This document shows positions 46,606 through 56,169 of a stretch of DNA of 64,000 nucleotides, one piece after another. The stretch is from Chlorobiota bacterium (GTDB lineage Bacteria; Bacteroidota; Bacteroidia; JAADEI01). Where the stretch lies: positions 13 to 64,012 of the forward strand of contig JAADEI010000110.1 in the NCBI GenBank assembly GCA_013153515.1. Reading direction: 5' to 3'. The notes under the pieces were generated by a model that did not search any database, was not told the origin of the DNA, and was given only the letters and a program-made list of their open reading frames with translations. How positions within the stretch are numbered: position 1 is the stretch's first letter; each line of letters opens with the position of its first letter. A program made the position numbers and the translations under genes.

Positions 46606-47360
46606 CCATCTGATTTGACACTATCAACAGTTAAAATGACGTATCGTGTTCCGGCAAGAATAGCCAGATAATACGCAATTAGCCATCCAACAATTGGAAT
46701 CGCAGAAATAAAAAAGACTATTAAACCAATCATTGACAGTCCAAACTTGTGTTGACGGGCATACGTAACACGTTGTCTGACCGAATACCGCCGTCTCTCA
46801 AGAGCATAGTCAACCATACTCATGCCAAGAAAATAGCCTTGGATGATTAATAAAAGGATTCCTGTTATTGGACTAACAATCGGGAAAATAAGCCCCAGAA
46901 TCCATAAGCCAACAATCCATAGAATCTCTAAAATGGTATTTCTTATTGCAAGAACAATACCTCTGATGACGTCCTGCACGAATTCGTGGAATCGGAAAGG
47001 ATATTCTTTTCCTGTCCATCGGCTATCTGCCTTCTCTGAGAACCAAGCGAAGAACGGAGCCAGAATAATCAATGCAATGTTCTTGTAAAAGAAGACACCG
47101 GTAGTTAGCCCAATGAGAAGTTTTATCAAATAAAACAAAAACGCCCATTTCCCTAAGTCCAAGCCCATCCACTCAAGGACAGTGCTTATGAACCATCCTG
47201 CAACAACCGCCGCTAGCCAAACTGAGGAGGCAAGGGCAATTATTGTGCTAATGGCTGGAATGATCATCCACACCCACCAACCATACTTGAAACTGTCTGA
47301 TAGGGCATCTTTGAAAGACCTGAGAACCAATTCTATTTGCTGCACGGGAGAAACAAGCAT
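46602..47360 (-). CDS. CysZ/EI24-like integral membrane protein
   Basis: Roughly 250 aa with 4-6 TM segments and an RRRYSVRQRVTYARQH loop. Family assignment is tentative. Confidence 0.4.
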   Translation of the reverse strand: MLVSPVQQIELVLRSFKDALSDSFKYGWWVWMIIPAISTIIALASSVWLAAVVAGWFISTVLEWMGLDLGKWAFLFYLIKLLIGLTTGVFFYKNIALIILAPFFAWFSEKADSRWTGKEYPFRFHEFVQDVIRGIVLAIRNTILEILWIVGLWILGLIFPIVSPITGILLLIIQGYFLGMSMVDYALERRRYSVRQRVTYARQHKFGLSMIGLIVFFISAIPIVGWLIAYYLAILAGTRYVILTVDSVKSDG

Positions 47361-47647
47361 TCGTCAACCATTTTTAATGTGTATGCTCTGGGTTTACCTA
47401 TAAAAAACATTTTTAGGAGTTTCCAGTTCCTTTCAAAGACTGGAGAGTTCCGATATTGTTCAAGGTCTTCTTCGGAATCCCAAACACTATAAGTTATTAT
47501 GTGTTCTGGCGATCCCGTGTCTTCAAACAAGCCGACATAATGGCAACCCTTGAATTGCCTGACTGACCCTTTGATTTCTTTGAAGGTCCTTATTACCTCT
47601 TGTTTTCTGGATGGGTCAATATACATTTCAACAATCCGTACAATCAT
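47333..47647 (-). CDS. ABM (antibiotic biosynthesis monooxygenase)-fold protein
   Basis: About 100 aa ferredoxin-like protein with the typical ABM pattern (MIVRIVEMYIDP...HYVGLFED...ITYSVWDSEEDLEQY). Confidence 0.6.
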   Translation of the reverse strand: MIVRIVEMYIDPSRKQEVIRTFKEIKGSVRQFKGCHYVGLFEDTGSPEHIITYSVWDSEEDLEQYRNSPVFERNWKLLKMFFIGKPRAYTLKMVDECLFLPCSK

Positions 47648-47653
47648 AAAACC

Positions 47654-48460
47654 CTAATTTTCTGGAATGGATAGGAATGGAGTTGCTTGTTTTGTTTGGT
47701 CGCTCATGAGACTTATTTTAATCTGCACGTATTCATTCACATTAAGCATTTCTGCAAGGTTCCCATTTACTATCCCACAGGACAAATAGCCCATCTCATC
47801 TCTGAAAACAATATGTTTGCCGGGAACCTCATTAAAAGGATAGGAGGGATAGACATCAACAAACTCAAATGAAAAAAGTGTTACGTTCCTGCGGACAAAA
47901 CTCAAATCTTTCGGAGCCAACACGGAAAACATACTGAATCGTTCCAAGTTGTTAACATTTGTTATAACATTACCAGACGAATCAATGTGAATTATAGTGG
48001 CAAGAATATGTTTTGATGTTTCATCAACAACCGGTTCAGGAAAAAACGCCTCTATTATGTGCCCTTCCTTAGACTCACTAAGCATTTCTTCTAAACGCCC
48101 GGTTTGTAGCAAAGCAGGAATTGGAGAATCAAACACACTAATTGATTCAGGCTGCCAATGGGAATTGTCTTGGATCATGGTTATTATTCCGTTGTTGGGA
48201 GCAATAATTATTTTGCCATTGTGATGAGCCACGACAGTGGAAGCAGTCAAATGATTAAGCACTATGAACAATGTGTTCCGAGGAAAGCGTGATATTGAGT
48301 ATTTGAGGACATAAGCAGTAGATCGAATAAGATCTTTTGAGAGTCCATTTAAAACCACAGGACTATACCCTTGATTAAGCAAAGAAGATATAACAGATAA
48401 GAATATAGTGTCCCTTGCATCATAGGAAGTTATGACTACTGCCAAGGAACTATTAACCAT
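47654..48460 (-). CDS. divergent DUF62 / SAM hydroxide adenosyltransferase-like protein
   Basis: The C-terminal segment GYLSCGIVNGNLAEMLNVNEYVQIKI matches the DUF62 C-terminus pattern. The middle segment NGKIIIAPNNGIITMI is similar to the (V)GPDNGLLS motif. The N-terminal TDFG motif is not conserved. Confidence 0.4.
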   Translation of the reverse strand: MVNSSLAVVITSYDARDTIFLSVISSLLNQGYSPVVLNGLSKDLIRSTAYVLKYSISRFPRNTLFIVLNHLTASTVVAHHNGKIIIAPNNGIITMIQDNSHWQPESISVFDSPIPALLQTGRLEEMLSESKEGHIIEAFFPEPVVDETSKHILATIIHIDSSGNVITNVNNLERFSMFSVLAPKDLSFVRRNVTLFSFEFVDVYPSYPFNEVPGKHIVFRDEMGYLSCGIVNGNLAEMLNVNEYVQIKISLMSDQTKQATPFLSIPEN

Positions 48461-48504
48461 AGGTTACTATTTATAATGTAGAGTAAAATTACGACACAGA
48501 ATAA

Positions 48505-49554
48505 ATGGCAACGGAGAAAAAAAAGAACGAGGGTAAAAGTCAGATAGTCATATCTTTTGAGGATGTTGACCCAATAGAGGTTTTGGGGGTTCACAACACA
48601 CGGCTGGCATTAATACAAAACGCTTTCCCGAATATTAAAATTGTTTCCAGGGGAAACAAGATCAAAATTTCTGGGAGCAAAGAAGAGGTTCGTAAATTGA
48701 GAAGTAGGATAGAAAAGATCCTTGACCACATCAGACGATATGGATACATTACCGATAATGTGATGCGTGGGTTATTGAGCCGTTCAGAGGGAATTGAAGA
48801 AATAATAAATCCCTACGGGGAGGACGTGTTGGTTGTTGGTCCCGGCGGACACGTTGTGAAACCCAGAACAGAGAATCAGAGGCGTATAGTAGAGGCAGTT
48901 GAGGACAATGATATAGTGTTTGCCATCGGACCAGCTGGAACAGGAAAGACGTACACCGCCGTTGCTCTGGCAGTTAGAGCCCTTCAAAACAAGCAAGTTA
49001 AGAGAATCATACTGACTAGACCGGCTGTGGAAGCCGGCGAAAGCCTTGGATACCTGCCCGGAACACTGGAAGAAAAAGTTGAGCCATACCTCAGACCTTT
49101 ATATGACGCTCTCTTTGATATGCTGCCCGCAGAAAAAGTAAATGTCTATATAGAACAACGAGTTATCGAGATAGCACCGCTGGCATATATGCGAGGCAGA
49201 ACCCTTGATAAAGCGTTCATCATCCTTGACGAAGCACAGAACGCCACACTGCCTCAATTGAAAATGTTCCTTACACGGCTTGGTCCAGAAGCCAAAACAA
49301 TCATAACAGGAGACCTGACTCAGGTTGACCTCCCGCAAAAACACACTTCCGGATTAGCTACAACTATTAGAATCTTGAAAGACATTGAGGGCATAGATGT
49401 GGTCTACTTAGACCGAAGCGATGTTATCAGGCATCCACTGGTCGGAAAAATAATTAGGGCTTTTGAATCTCTTGAAGAACAGGAAAAAAATGTTGAAAAT
49501 GCCCAAAAACACGAGAAAGATAAAAAAAGGGATGAAAAAGGGGAACCGAATTAA
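48505..49554 (+). CDS. phoH: PhoH-family ATPase
   Basis: Walker A GPAGTGKTY, PhoH core ILTRPAVEAGESLGYLPG. Confidence 0.9.
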   Translation: MATEKKKNEGKSQIVISFEDVDPIEVLGVHNTRLALIQNAFPNIKIVSRGNKIKISGSKEEVRKLRSRIEKILDHIRRYGYITDNVMRGLLSRSEGIEEIINPYGEDVLVVGPGGHVVKPRTENQRRIVEAVEDNDIVFAIGPAGTGKTYTAVALAVRALQNKQVKRIILTRPAVEAGESLGYLPGTLEEKVEPYLRPLYDALFDMLPAEKVNVYIEQRVIEIAPLAYMRGRTLDKAFIILDEAQNATLPQLKMFLTRLGPEAKTIITGDLTQVDLPQKHTSGLATTIRILKDIEGIDVVYLDRSDVIRHPLVGKIIRAFESLEEQEKNVENAQKHEKDKKRDEKGEPN

Positions 49555-49608
49555 TGGTCAAATACATTTTGTTTGTATGGCGTAATTTTGCAATGTGCAA
49601 TAAAAGAT

Positions 49609-49857
49609 ATGGCTAAGCAAAAAGGGATACTGGTTGACGGGGAAGTAACGGAAGCACTCTCTAACGCTATGTTTCGCGTTAAATTGGATAATGGGCATTT
49701 GGTAACTGCTCATGTGTCGGGCAAGATGAGGGTCCGATTCATCAGGATTTTGCCCGGAGACCGCGTTCAAGTTGAATTATCACCATACGACCTGACAAGG
49801 GGACGAATCGTGTACCGCTACGGACCAGCTAAAAAACCAAATCAAAGTAGTTCATAA
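49609..49857 (+). CDS. infA: translation initiation factor IF-1
   Basis: [30 protein letters not shown]...ISGKMR...RILPGDRV...SPYDL.RGRI. The ORF track start at 49573 is over-extended. Confidence 0.9.
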   Translation: MAKQKGILVDGEVTEALSNAMFRVKLDNGHLVTAHVSGKMRVRFIRILPGDRVQVELSPYDLTRGRIVYRYGPAKKPNQSSS

Positions 49858-49869
49858 AAACACAGAAAG

Positions 49870-49986
49870 ATGAAAGTGAGAGCATCGGTTAAACCAAGGA
49901 CATCAGATTGCAAAGTGGTTAGAAGGAAAGGACGGGTTTACATTATTAACAAGAAAAACCCTAAATACAAACAACGACAAGGATAA
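49870..49986 (+). CDS. rpmJ: 50S ribosomal protein L36
   Basis: 38-aa [41 protein letters not shown] sits between infA and rpsM in the canonical position. It is not in the ORF track because it is under 60 aa. Confidence 0.85.
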   Translation: MKVRASVKPRTSDCKVVRRKGRVYIINKKNPKYKQRQG

Positions 49987-49999
49987 AAATTAAGCGAGA

Positions 50000-50377
50000 A
50001 TGCCACGGATAGCAGGAGTTGACCTGGCACCCAATAAACACGGATTCATAGCCCTTAGACAGATATTTGGCATAGGAAGGGCAAGTGCTAAAGACATTTT
50101 AATAAAAGCAGGAGTGCCATTAGACAAGAAGGTCAAGGATTGGACAGACGAAGAAATCACCAGAATCAGATATGTCATCAACACGCAGTATAAGGTTGAG
50201 GGATCCCTGAGAGCCGAAATCAGAATGAACATTAAACGATTGATGGACATAGGTTGCTATAGAGGATTGAGGCACAGGAAAGGGTTGCCCGTCAGAGGAC
50301 AGAAAACCCGTAAGAACGCCAGAACACGAAAAGGAAAAAGAAAAACAGTTCCCGGCAAAAAGAAAGCCACTAAATAA
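50000..50377 (+). CDS. rpsM: 30S ribosomal protein S13
   Basis: [10 protein letters not shown]-terminus, basic C-tail. Confidence 0.95.
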   Translation: MPRIAGVDLAPNKHGFIALRQIFGIGRASAKDILIKAGVPLDKKVKDWTDEEITRIRYVINTQYKVEGSLRAEIRMNIKRLMDIGCYRGLRHRKGLPVRGQKTRKNARTRKGKRKTVPGKKKATK

Positions 50378-50384
50378 TTGAGGC

Positions 50385-50777
50385 ATGGCAAGACGAAGAA
50401 CAACAAGCAGAAAGAAGAAAAAGGTCAGAATAGAGCCTTTGGCAGTAGTGCATATTCAGTCAACCTTCAATAATACAATCGTAACATTTGCAAATAAAGA
50501 CGGAGATATTATTTGTTGGTCAAGTGGCGGAAAAATAGGTTATAAGGGAACAAAGAAAAGCACACCCTATGCCGCCACCCTCGCCGCTCAGGAAGCAGGC
50601 AGAGAAGCCTATGACTTGGGGGTCAGAAAGGTTGAAATAAGAGTTAAAGGGGTTGGACCAGGCAGGGAAGCCGCCATTCGTGGAATAGCCGCCACAGGAT
50701 TGGAAATAGTTAAAATCGCAGACGTTACACCAATTCCTCATAACGGTTGCAGACCGCCAAAGCCAAGAAGAGTTTAA
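50385..50777 (+). CDS. rpsK: 30S ribosomal protein S11
   Basis: [16 protein letters not shown]...[10 protein letters not shown]. Confidence 0.95.
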   Translation: MARRRTTSRKKKKVRIEPLAVVHIQSTFNNTIVTFANKDGDIICWSSGGKIGYKGTKKSTPYAATLAAQEAGREAYDLGVRKVEIRVKGVGPGREAAIRGIAATGLEIVKIADVTPIPHNGCRPPKPRRV

Positions 50778-50808
50778 GCCTTATTGTTATTTAAAATTTA
50801 AAGGAAAA

Positions 50809-51432
50809 ATGGCAAGATACATAGGACCCAAGGTTAGATTGATGAGAAGGTTCGGAGAACCCATCTTCGGGGCAACACCTAAAACAAAATACTTAGAAAG
50901 AAGACCCTATCCGCCAGGACAACACGGCAGATTACGAAAAAGAAGAGTCAAAAGTGAATATGGTCGTCAGCTGGAAGAAAAACAAAAATTAAAGTTTACG
51001 TATGGGGTCTCGGAAAAACAACTCAAACGATACTATAATGAAGCATCCAGAAGACATGGAGTAACAGGCGAAATTATGTTGCAACTGTTGGAATCCAGAT
51101 TGGATAATGTTGTCTATAGGTTGGGATTGGCACCGAGCCGTGCCGCCGCAAGACAAATGATTAGCCACAAGCACATCACTGTTAACGGCAAGGTCGTTAA
51201 TATCCCGTCTTATCTAGTTGAACCGGGAGACATAATCGGAGTGAGAAAAAAATCTCAAAACTTGAAAATCATTCAAGAATCTGCCGCTGTCAAAACAGGC
51301 AGAACCCATTACGAATGGTTAGAATGGGATAATAATACTCTTAGTGGCGTCTTCAGGGACTACCCGGAACGGGAGGAAATTCCTGAGAATGTGAATGAGC
51401 ACCTTATCGTTGAGTGGTATTCCAAGCGATAA
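50809..51432 (+). CDS. rpsD: 30S ribosomal protein S4
   Basis: MARYIGPKVRLMRRFGEP, followed by an S4 domain. Confidence 0.95.
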   Translation: MARYIGPKVRLMRRFGEPIFGATPKTKYLERRPYPPGQHGRLRKRRVKSEYGRQLEEKQKLKFTYGVSEKQLKRYYNEASRRHGVTGEIMLQLLESRLDNVVYRLGLAPSRAAARQMISHKHITVNGKVVNIPSYLVEPGDIIGVRKKSQNLKIIQESAAVKTGRTHYEWLEWDNNTLSGVFRDYPEREEIPENVNEHLIVEWYSKR

Positions 51433-51462
51433 TTACTAAACATTTTACAAAAAATCAGAACA

Positions 51463-52425
51463 ATGGGATTGGATAATTTGTTAACATTTGTTAAGCCTGA
51501 GGAAATAAAAATTGAAAAGGACAGTGATCGGAAAGGTCGCTTAATAATGTCACCACTAGAAAGGGGATACGGAATCACAATAGGGAATGCTTTGAGGCGA
51601 GTCCTGTTGTCTTCGTTGGAAGGATATGCTGTTGTAATGGTCAGGATAGACGGAGTGCTTCACGAATTTAGCACTATTCCTGGAGTTATGGAAGATGTGT
51701 CAGAAATTGTCTTAAACCTCAAGCAAGTTAGGTTTAAATATCTTGGAAGCGATCCCATAGAAAAGGCTAAAATTAAAATTGAGATTTCAGGACAAGAAAT
51801 TTTTAAGGCAGGGGATATTGAAAAGTTCACACCTGAATTTGAAATCACTAATAAAGATTTGGTTATATGTCATATGGAACCATCTGTCAAGTTAAATATG
51901 GAATTGTTTGTTTACAGGGGAAGAGGCTATCTGCCACAAGAAGAAATCCTTGATATGGAACTGGAAACGGGAATTATTCCTATTGATGCCATCTTCTCGC
52001 CCGTTAAAAAAGTGCGTGTTGATGTTCAAAACGTTCGTGTCGGGAAATATACTAACTATGACAAGTTGATTTTGGAAGTTGAGACGGATGGCACTGTCTC
52101 ACCAGAAGAAGCTATTCGTAGTGCCGCATCAATCTTGATTGACCACTTTGGAATGCTCACTTCAAACAATGTTACTAAGAAGGTAAAGCCTACGATTAAT
52201 ATATCTCTTGATGATTTAAAATTGGGCGACCGCATTAAGAAGCATTTGAATGCCGCGGGAATTGAATCAATTGAACAACTTTTGGAACTGACTGTTGAAG
52301 AAGCATTGAAGATAAAAGGATTAGGGGAGAAAAGCATCGCTGATTTAAGGAAGAAACTCAACAAATTCGGGTTGGATTTTAAAACCTCAGAGAAAGCACA
52401 ACCCCAGAAGGAATCTTCAAAATAA
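51463..52425 (+). CDS. rpoA: DNA-directed RNA polymerase alpha subunit
   Basis: PLERGYGITIGNALRRVLLSSLEGYA N-domain, alpha-CTD. Confidence 0.95.
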   Translation: MGLDNLLTFVKPEEIKIEKDSDRKGRLIMSPLERGYGITIGNALRRVLLSSLEGYAVVMVRIDGVLHEFSTIPGVMEDVSEIVLNLKQVRFKYLGSDPIEKAKIKIEISGQEIFKAGDIEKFTPEFEITNKDLVICHMEPSVKLNMELFVYRGRGYLPQEEILDMELETGIIPIDAIFSPVKKVRVDVQNVRVGKYTNYDKLILEVETDGTVSPEEAIRSAASILIDHFGMLTSNNVTKKVKPTINISLDDLKLGDRIKKHLNAAGIESIEQLLELTVEEALKIKGLGEKSIADLRKKLNKFGLDFKTSEKAQPQKESSK

Positions 52426-52433
52426 AGTAGGCT

Positions 52434-52973
52434 ATGTATCACCTTAAGAAAAAGAATCCGCTTGGCAGAACCGCCTCTCATAGAAAAGCCTTGCTAAGGA
52501 ATTTGGCTATTGAACTCATTAAGCATAAGCGGATCAAGACCACCGTAGCCAAAGCCAAGGAACTAAGGAGGTTTATTGAGCCCATATTGAACAGGGCAAA
52601 GGAAGACACGACACCTAACCGCAGATATGCCTTTAAGCATTTGCAAAACAAAGAAGCCGTTAAGATACTTTTTAGTGATATAGCACCGAAGATTATGGAT
52701 CGAAACGGAGGATATACTAGGGTTTTGAGGCTTGGTTTATGGCGTCGTGGAGATAATGCCGAGATGGCAATGATAGAACTTGTTGATTTTAATGAAGCGT
52801 TGTTGGAAGCCACCAAAGAAAAGTCGGCAGAAGCACCCACTAAGAAGAGAAGGAGACGTCGGGGAAGGAAGAAGAAGACCACCGAAGAAGAAAGTACCAC
52901 TACTAAAGCCGAGGCGAAAGAGTCGGGTTCAAAAGACAACCAAGATTCCAAGGAGGTTGATAGAGGAGAGTAG
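52434..52973 (+). CDS. rplQ: 50S ribosomal protein L17 with K/R/E-rich C-terminal extension
   Basis: KLGRTASHRKALLRNLA...RIKTT.AKAKELR. Confidence 0.9.
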   Translation: MYHLKKKNPLGRTASHRKALLRNLAIELIKHKRIKTTVAKAKELRRFIEPILNRAKEDTTPNRRYAFKHLQNKEAVKILFSDIAPKIMDRNGGYTRVLRLGLWRRGDNAEMAMIELVDFNEALLEATKEKSAEAPTKKRRRRRGRKKKTTEEESTTTKAEAKESGSKDNQDSKEVDRGE

Positions 52974-52993
52974 AGTGCTGGACACACTGCCTG

Positions 52994-54523
52994 ATGAGAC
53001 ATATCGCTTGGCTGGATGATGAAATAGAAACTCTCAAGCCTTTAATAACTCTTTTAGAGCAGACTGGCGATTATAAAGTATATGCTTTTAGTAATCCGAA
53101 GGAGTTTATAGATTTTCTGAAAGATAGAAGGCAGTATATAGAGGCTATTATACTTGATGAGCACATTGGCTTTGAATCAGGTTTGGAGATTTATGATCAG
53201 TTAAGGGAAGAATTGGGCGTTAATATACCAGTCATTTTCGTTACTCAGGAAGAAAACGCTGACTATATTAAGGAACTGATTGCCCGAGGCGTGCAACACT
53301 ACATTTCCAAACCAGTAAAGTTTAGTAACCTTCTGGCTGCCGTTACTCAAATCGTAGAAGGTAATGTTTTACGGGAAGCACATCGGGTCACTAAAATTCC
53401 CAAACAGTTCAGAAAGGTTTATTCTCTGATGGAAAGTGCAAATTCCGTAAGTGAGTGGCGGGCGGTTCTGGGCGAATTAGTTAAGTCAGAGGCACTCATA
53501 GGACAAGACCTATTTAATGATCTTTATGATTCTGCCCAAGCACAGTTCTTTAAGTTTTTTGTTAATCAGTATAAAACTTTTGTGGAAGCCCGAGATTCAT
53601 TGTTAGTGGTTACTTTTCTTGACAGATATAGCGAGTTTTTAGAACACAATACTTTGGTTATAGTTGTTGACAATTTTAGTTTGTGGATCTGGGAAATGAT
53701 AAAAAATGACGTTAATCTTCCAAAGGAATGGGAAATATACAAGGACGAATTTCTGATTTCTCTATTGCCTAGTGTTACTCAATATAGCCGTCAGAGTTTG
53801 TTGAGTGGATTTTTTCCAATTGAGATGCGTGAAATGGGTTTGTGGATAGATGAATTGGATGATGGAGTAAAAACCAAGTATGAACCTGAATTAATAAAAC
53901 TTGGATTTCAGAAAAAGGGCTTGCCACAACCAGAAATAATATATTTTACCGGAGAAAACTCTTACGCATTGTTAAAAGTTGCGAAGGGAACGATTATTCT
54001 CATAGTGCCATCATTTGACCAATTTGTTCATATCACGACTGACCACAAGAGCCTTAAAGCAATGTTCCTGAACTTGACCGATTTCGCAGAAGTTGTAAGG
54101 ATAAGTTTCACACGAGGAATTATAAGCAAAATCCTTTCTGAGGCGACAAACAGATTTCGTTATATTATGATTTGTTCTGATCACGGAAGCACTTTCGTAA
54201 ACAAGCCTGTGTATGTCTTAGGACGCCATTTTATGCCACTAAACCCAAGGTATAAATATGGAGAGGATTTCAGAGTTGAAAGCGACGATTTTGTCGCATT
54301 TTTTAAAGACCCAATTGCTCTTAAATTACCTATTCCCAAGCATTTTAAAGTATATTTCGCAGGCAAGGACAGATTTTTTGTTCGCAAGCAGGGCAATTAC
54401 AAAGGAGTTATTGCCAAGTTTAAAGGAAGTTTGCAACATGGAGGCATTTCATTAGAAGAAATTTTTATTCCAGTGGTTGTGTTAAGAAAAAAAAATTTAG
54501 AACCGTGGAAGTGTTTGAAATAA
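52994..54523 (+). CDS. porX: PorX-like response regulator (receiver domain + PglZ/alkaline-phosphatase-like effector domain)
   Basis: N-terminal CheY-like REC domain (IAWLDDEIETLKPL...ILDEHIG...IFVT) followed by about 370 aa with no HTH. The size (509 aa) and architecture match the T9SS regulator PorX. The family assignment is recalled from memory, not searched. Confidence 0.55.
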   Translation: MRHIAWLDDEIETLKPLITLLEQTGDYKVYAFSNPKEFIDFLKDRRQYIEAIILDEHIGFESGLEIYDQLREELGVNIPVIFVTQEENADYIKELIARGVQHYISKPVKFSNLLAAVTQIVEGNVLREAHRVTKIPKQFRKVYSLMESANSVSEWRAVLGELVKSEALIGQDLFNDLYDSAQAQFFKFFVNQYKTFVEARDSLLVVTFLDRYSEFLEHNTLVIVVDNFSLWIWEMIKNDVNLPKEWEIYKDEFLISLLPSVTQYSRQSLLSGFFPIEMREMGLWIDELDDGVKTKYEPELIKLGFQKKGLPQPEIIYFTGENSYALLKVAKGTIILIVPSFDQFVHITTDHKSLKAMFLNLTDFAEVVRISFTRGIISKILSEATNRFRYIMICSDHGSTFVNKPVYVLGRHFMPLNPRYKYGEDFRVESDDFVAFFKDPIALKLPIPKHFKVYFAGKDRFFVRKQGNYKGVIAKFKGSLQHGGISLEEIFIPVVVLRKKNLEPWKCLK

Positions 54524-54957
54524 ACAGGGAAGAGGAACTTGACCAACTGGCTAAATATATTTTGTTGAACTATCCGGACAGGCAGGTTTTTGCCCTTTAT
54601 GGTCCTTTGGGAGCTGGTAAAACTACTTTTATAAAATATCTTTCAAAACAACTTGGGGTTGTTGATTCTGTTAAAAGCCCAACATATACGCTAGCTAATG
54701 TATATAAAACATACCAAAACGAAAAAATATACCATCTTGATTTATTCAGAATAAAGGAATCTGTTGAATGGCTTGACATAGGAGTAGATGATTACATTGA
54801 GGATCCTAATGCTGTGATCTTCGTTGAATGGCCTGAGAAAATAAGAGATTTGTTACCACCGGACAGAACATTGATGATTCACATTAATCCAGATCCGGAC
54901 ACACAAAAAAGAAAAATCGTAATTTTGCTACCTGATGAGCAAGAAAACCACACATAA
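54505..54957 (+). CDS. tsaE: tRNA threonylcarbamoyladenosine biosynthesis protein TsaE
   Basis: ALYGPLGAGKTTFIK (P-loop) ... SPTYTL motif. About 150 aa. Confidence 0.8.
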   Translation: MEVFEINREEELDQLAKYILLNYPDRQVFALYGPLGAGKTTFIKYLSKQLGVVDSVKSPTYTLANVYKTYQNEKIYHLDLFRIKESVEWLDIGVDDYIEDPNAVIFVEWPEKIRDLLPPDRTLMIHINPDPDTQKRKIVILLPDEQENHT

Positions 54958-56155
54958 AAGGGAGAGTGTCTCTGCACCGGAGACCGCTGAACTGATGTTA
55001 AAAATAAGGTCTCATCAGAAAAGTTTGTCAATAGGCGTTCCACACTTTGATATACTTCAAGAGAAGCGAGTTCCTATAACACCTGAAGGAGCGAGGCAAT
55101 TGATAGCCCGGGGGCATAAAGTCATTGTTCAGTCCGGTTCGGGCAAACATGCCAGATATTCAGATAAAGACTATTCCGAAGTTGGCTGTCAGATCGCCTA
55201 TTCGCCGGAAGAAGTGTTTAGAGAGGCAAATATCATAATTCAAGCCACACCACCTATTAAAGAGGAGATCAAATGGTTGAAACCTTCGCACATTCTCATT
55301 TCACCATTGCAATTGCACACTTTTAAAAGAAAGTTGTTAGAAAGCCTACTAAATAAGGGCATTAGTGCCATCGCTATGGAATATGTTCAGGACAGACCCG
55401 GTTCATATCCATTCGTTAGGGCAATGAGTCAAATCGCTGGAACCGCATCTATCTTAATAGCGGGAGAATACATGAGTACAACTAACGAAGGGTCTGGAAT
55501 AATGCCAGGGAACATAGCCAGTGTCCCACCCGCTCACATAGTAATCATTGGGGCTGGAGTGGTTGGGGAATATGCCGCCCGGGCTGCCATAGGGCTTGGT
55601 ATGGAAGTTCACGTGTTTGACTATTCAGTGGAGCGACTCTCAAGGCTTCAAACCAATTTAGGAGTTCGTGTCTACACATCAACCATCTATCCCGATGCAT
55701 TAAGAAGGTCGCTAAAAGTTGCCGACATAGCCATTGGAGCACTGGCACCCAGACACGGCAGAACACCGATTGTGGTTACAGAAGACATGGTCGCCCAAAT
55801 GAAACCCGGTTCCGTTATTATAGATGTGAGCATTGATAGGGGAGGATGCTTTGAAACAAGCGAGATTACAACCCATGACAACCCTGTTTTTACGAAATAT
55901 GATGTCATCCATTATTGTGTCCCTAACATACCGTCCCGATATGCACGGTCTGCTTCCATCGCATTGAGCAACATACTTATTCCCATGTTGCTTGATATGG
56001 CTGAGGCAGGCGGGTTGATTGAATATATGTGGAACAATCCACAGGTTCGCAATGGAGTTTATATATTCAAAGGACTGCTAACTAACGTTGATCTGAGTGA
56101 GCGATTCAACATGCGAATGTCCGACCTGAACTTAATTCTGCCGGCATATAGATAA
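54935..56155 (+). CDS. alanine dehydrogenase / PNT-family NAD(P)-dependent dehydrogenase
   Basis: AlaDh_PNT N-domain (IGVPHFDILQEKRVPITPEGARQL) and Rossmann motif IIGAGVVG. The start is possibly the internal Met near 54995. Confidence 0.8.
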   Translation: MSKKTTHKRESVSAPETAELMLKIRSHQKSLSIGVPHFDILQEKRVPITPEGARQLIARGHKVIVQSGSGKHARYSDKDYSEVGCQIAYSPEEVFREANIIIQATPPIKEEIKWLKPSHILISPLQLHTFKRKLLESLLNKGISAIAMEYVQDRPGSYPFVRAMSQIAGTASILIAGEYMSTTNEGSGIMPGNIASVPPAHIVIIGAGVVGEYAARAAIGLGMEVHVFDYSVERLSRLQTNLGVRVYTSTIYPDALRRSLKVADIAIGALAPRHGRTPIVVTEDMVAQMKPGSVIIDVSIDRGGCFETSEITTHDNPVFTKYDVIHYCVPNIPSRYARSASIALSNILIPMLLDMAEAGGLIEYMWNNPQVRNGVYIFKGLLTNVDLSERFNMRMSDLNLILPAYR

Positions 56156-56169
56156 AGCATGGAATATCT

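Noticed and set aside
49573-49608. N-terminal 12-aa extension of infA in the ORF track
   Set aside because: IF-1 homologs begin at MAK(E/Q). The upstream Met gives a non-conserved extension, so the start was moved to 49609.
54935-54994. Ald/PNT gene starting at 54935 and overlapping tsaE
   Set aside because: This may be over-extended. The conserved N-domain begins near LSIGVPHFD, so an internal Met at about 54995 is equally plausible. The feature is kept with its original coordinates but flagged.
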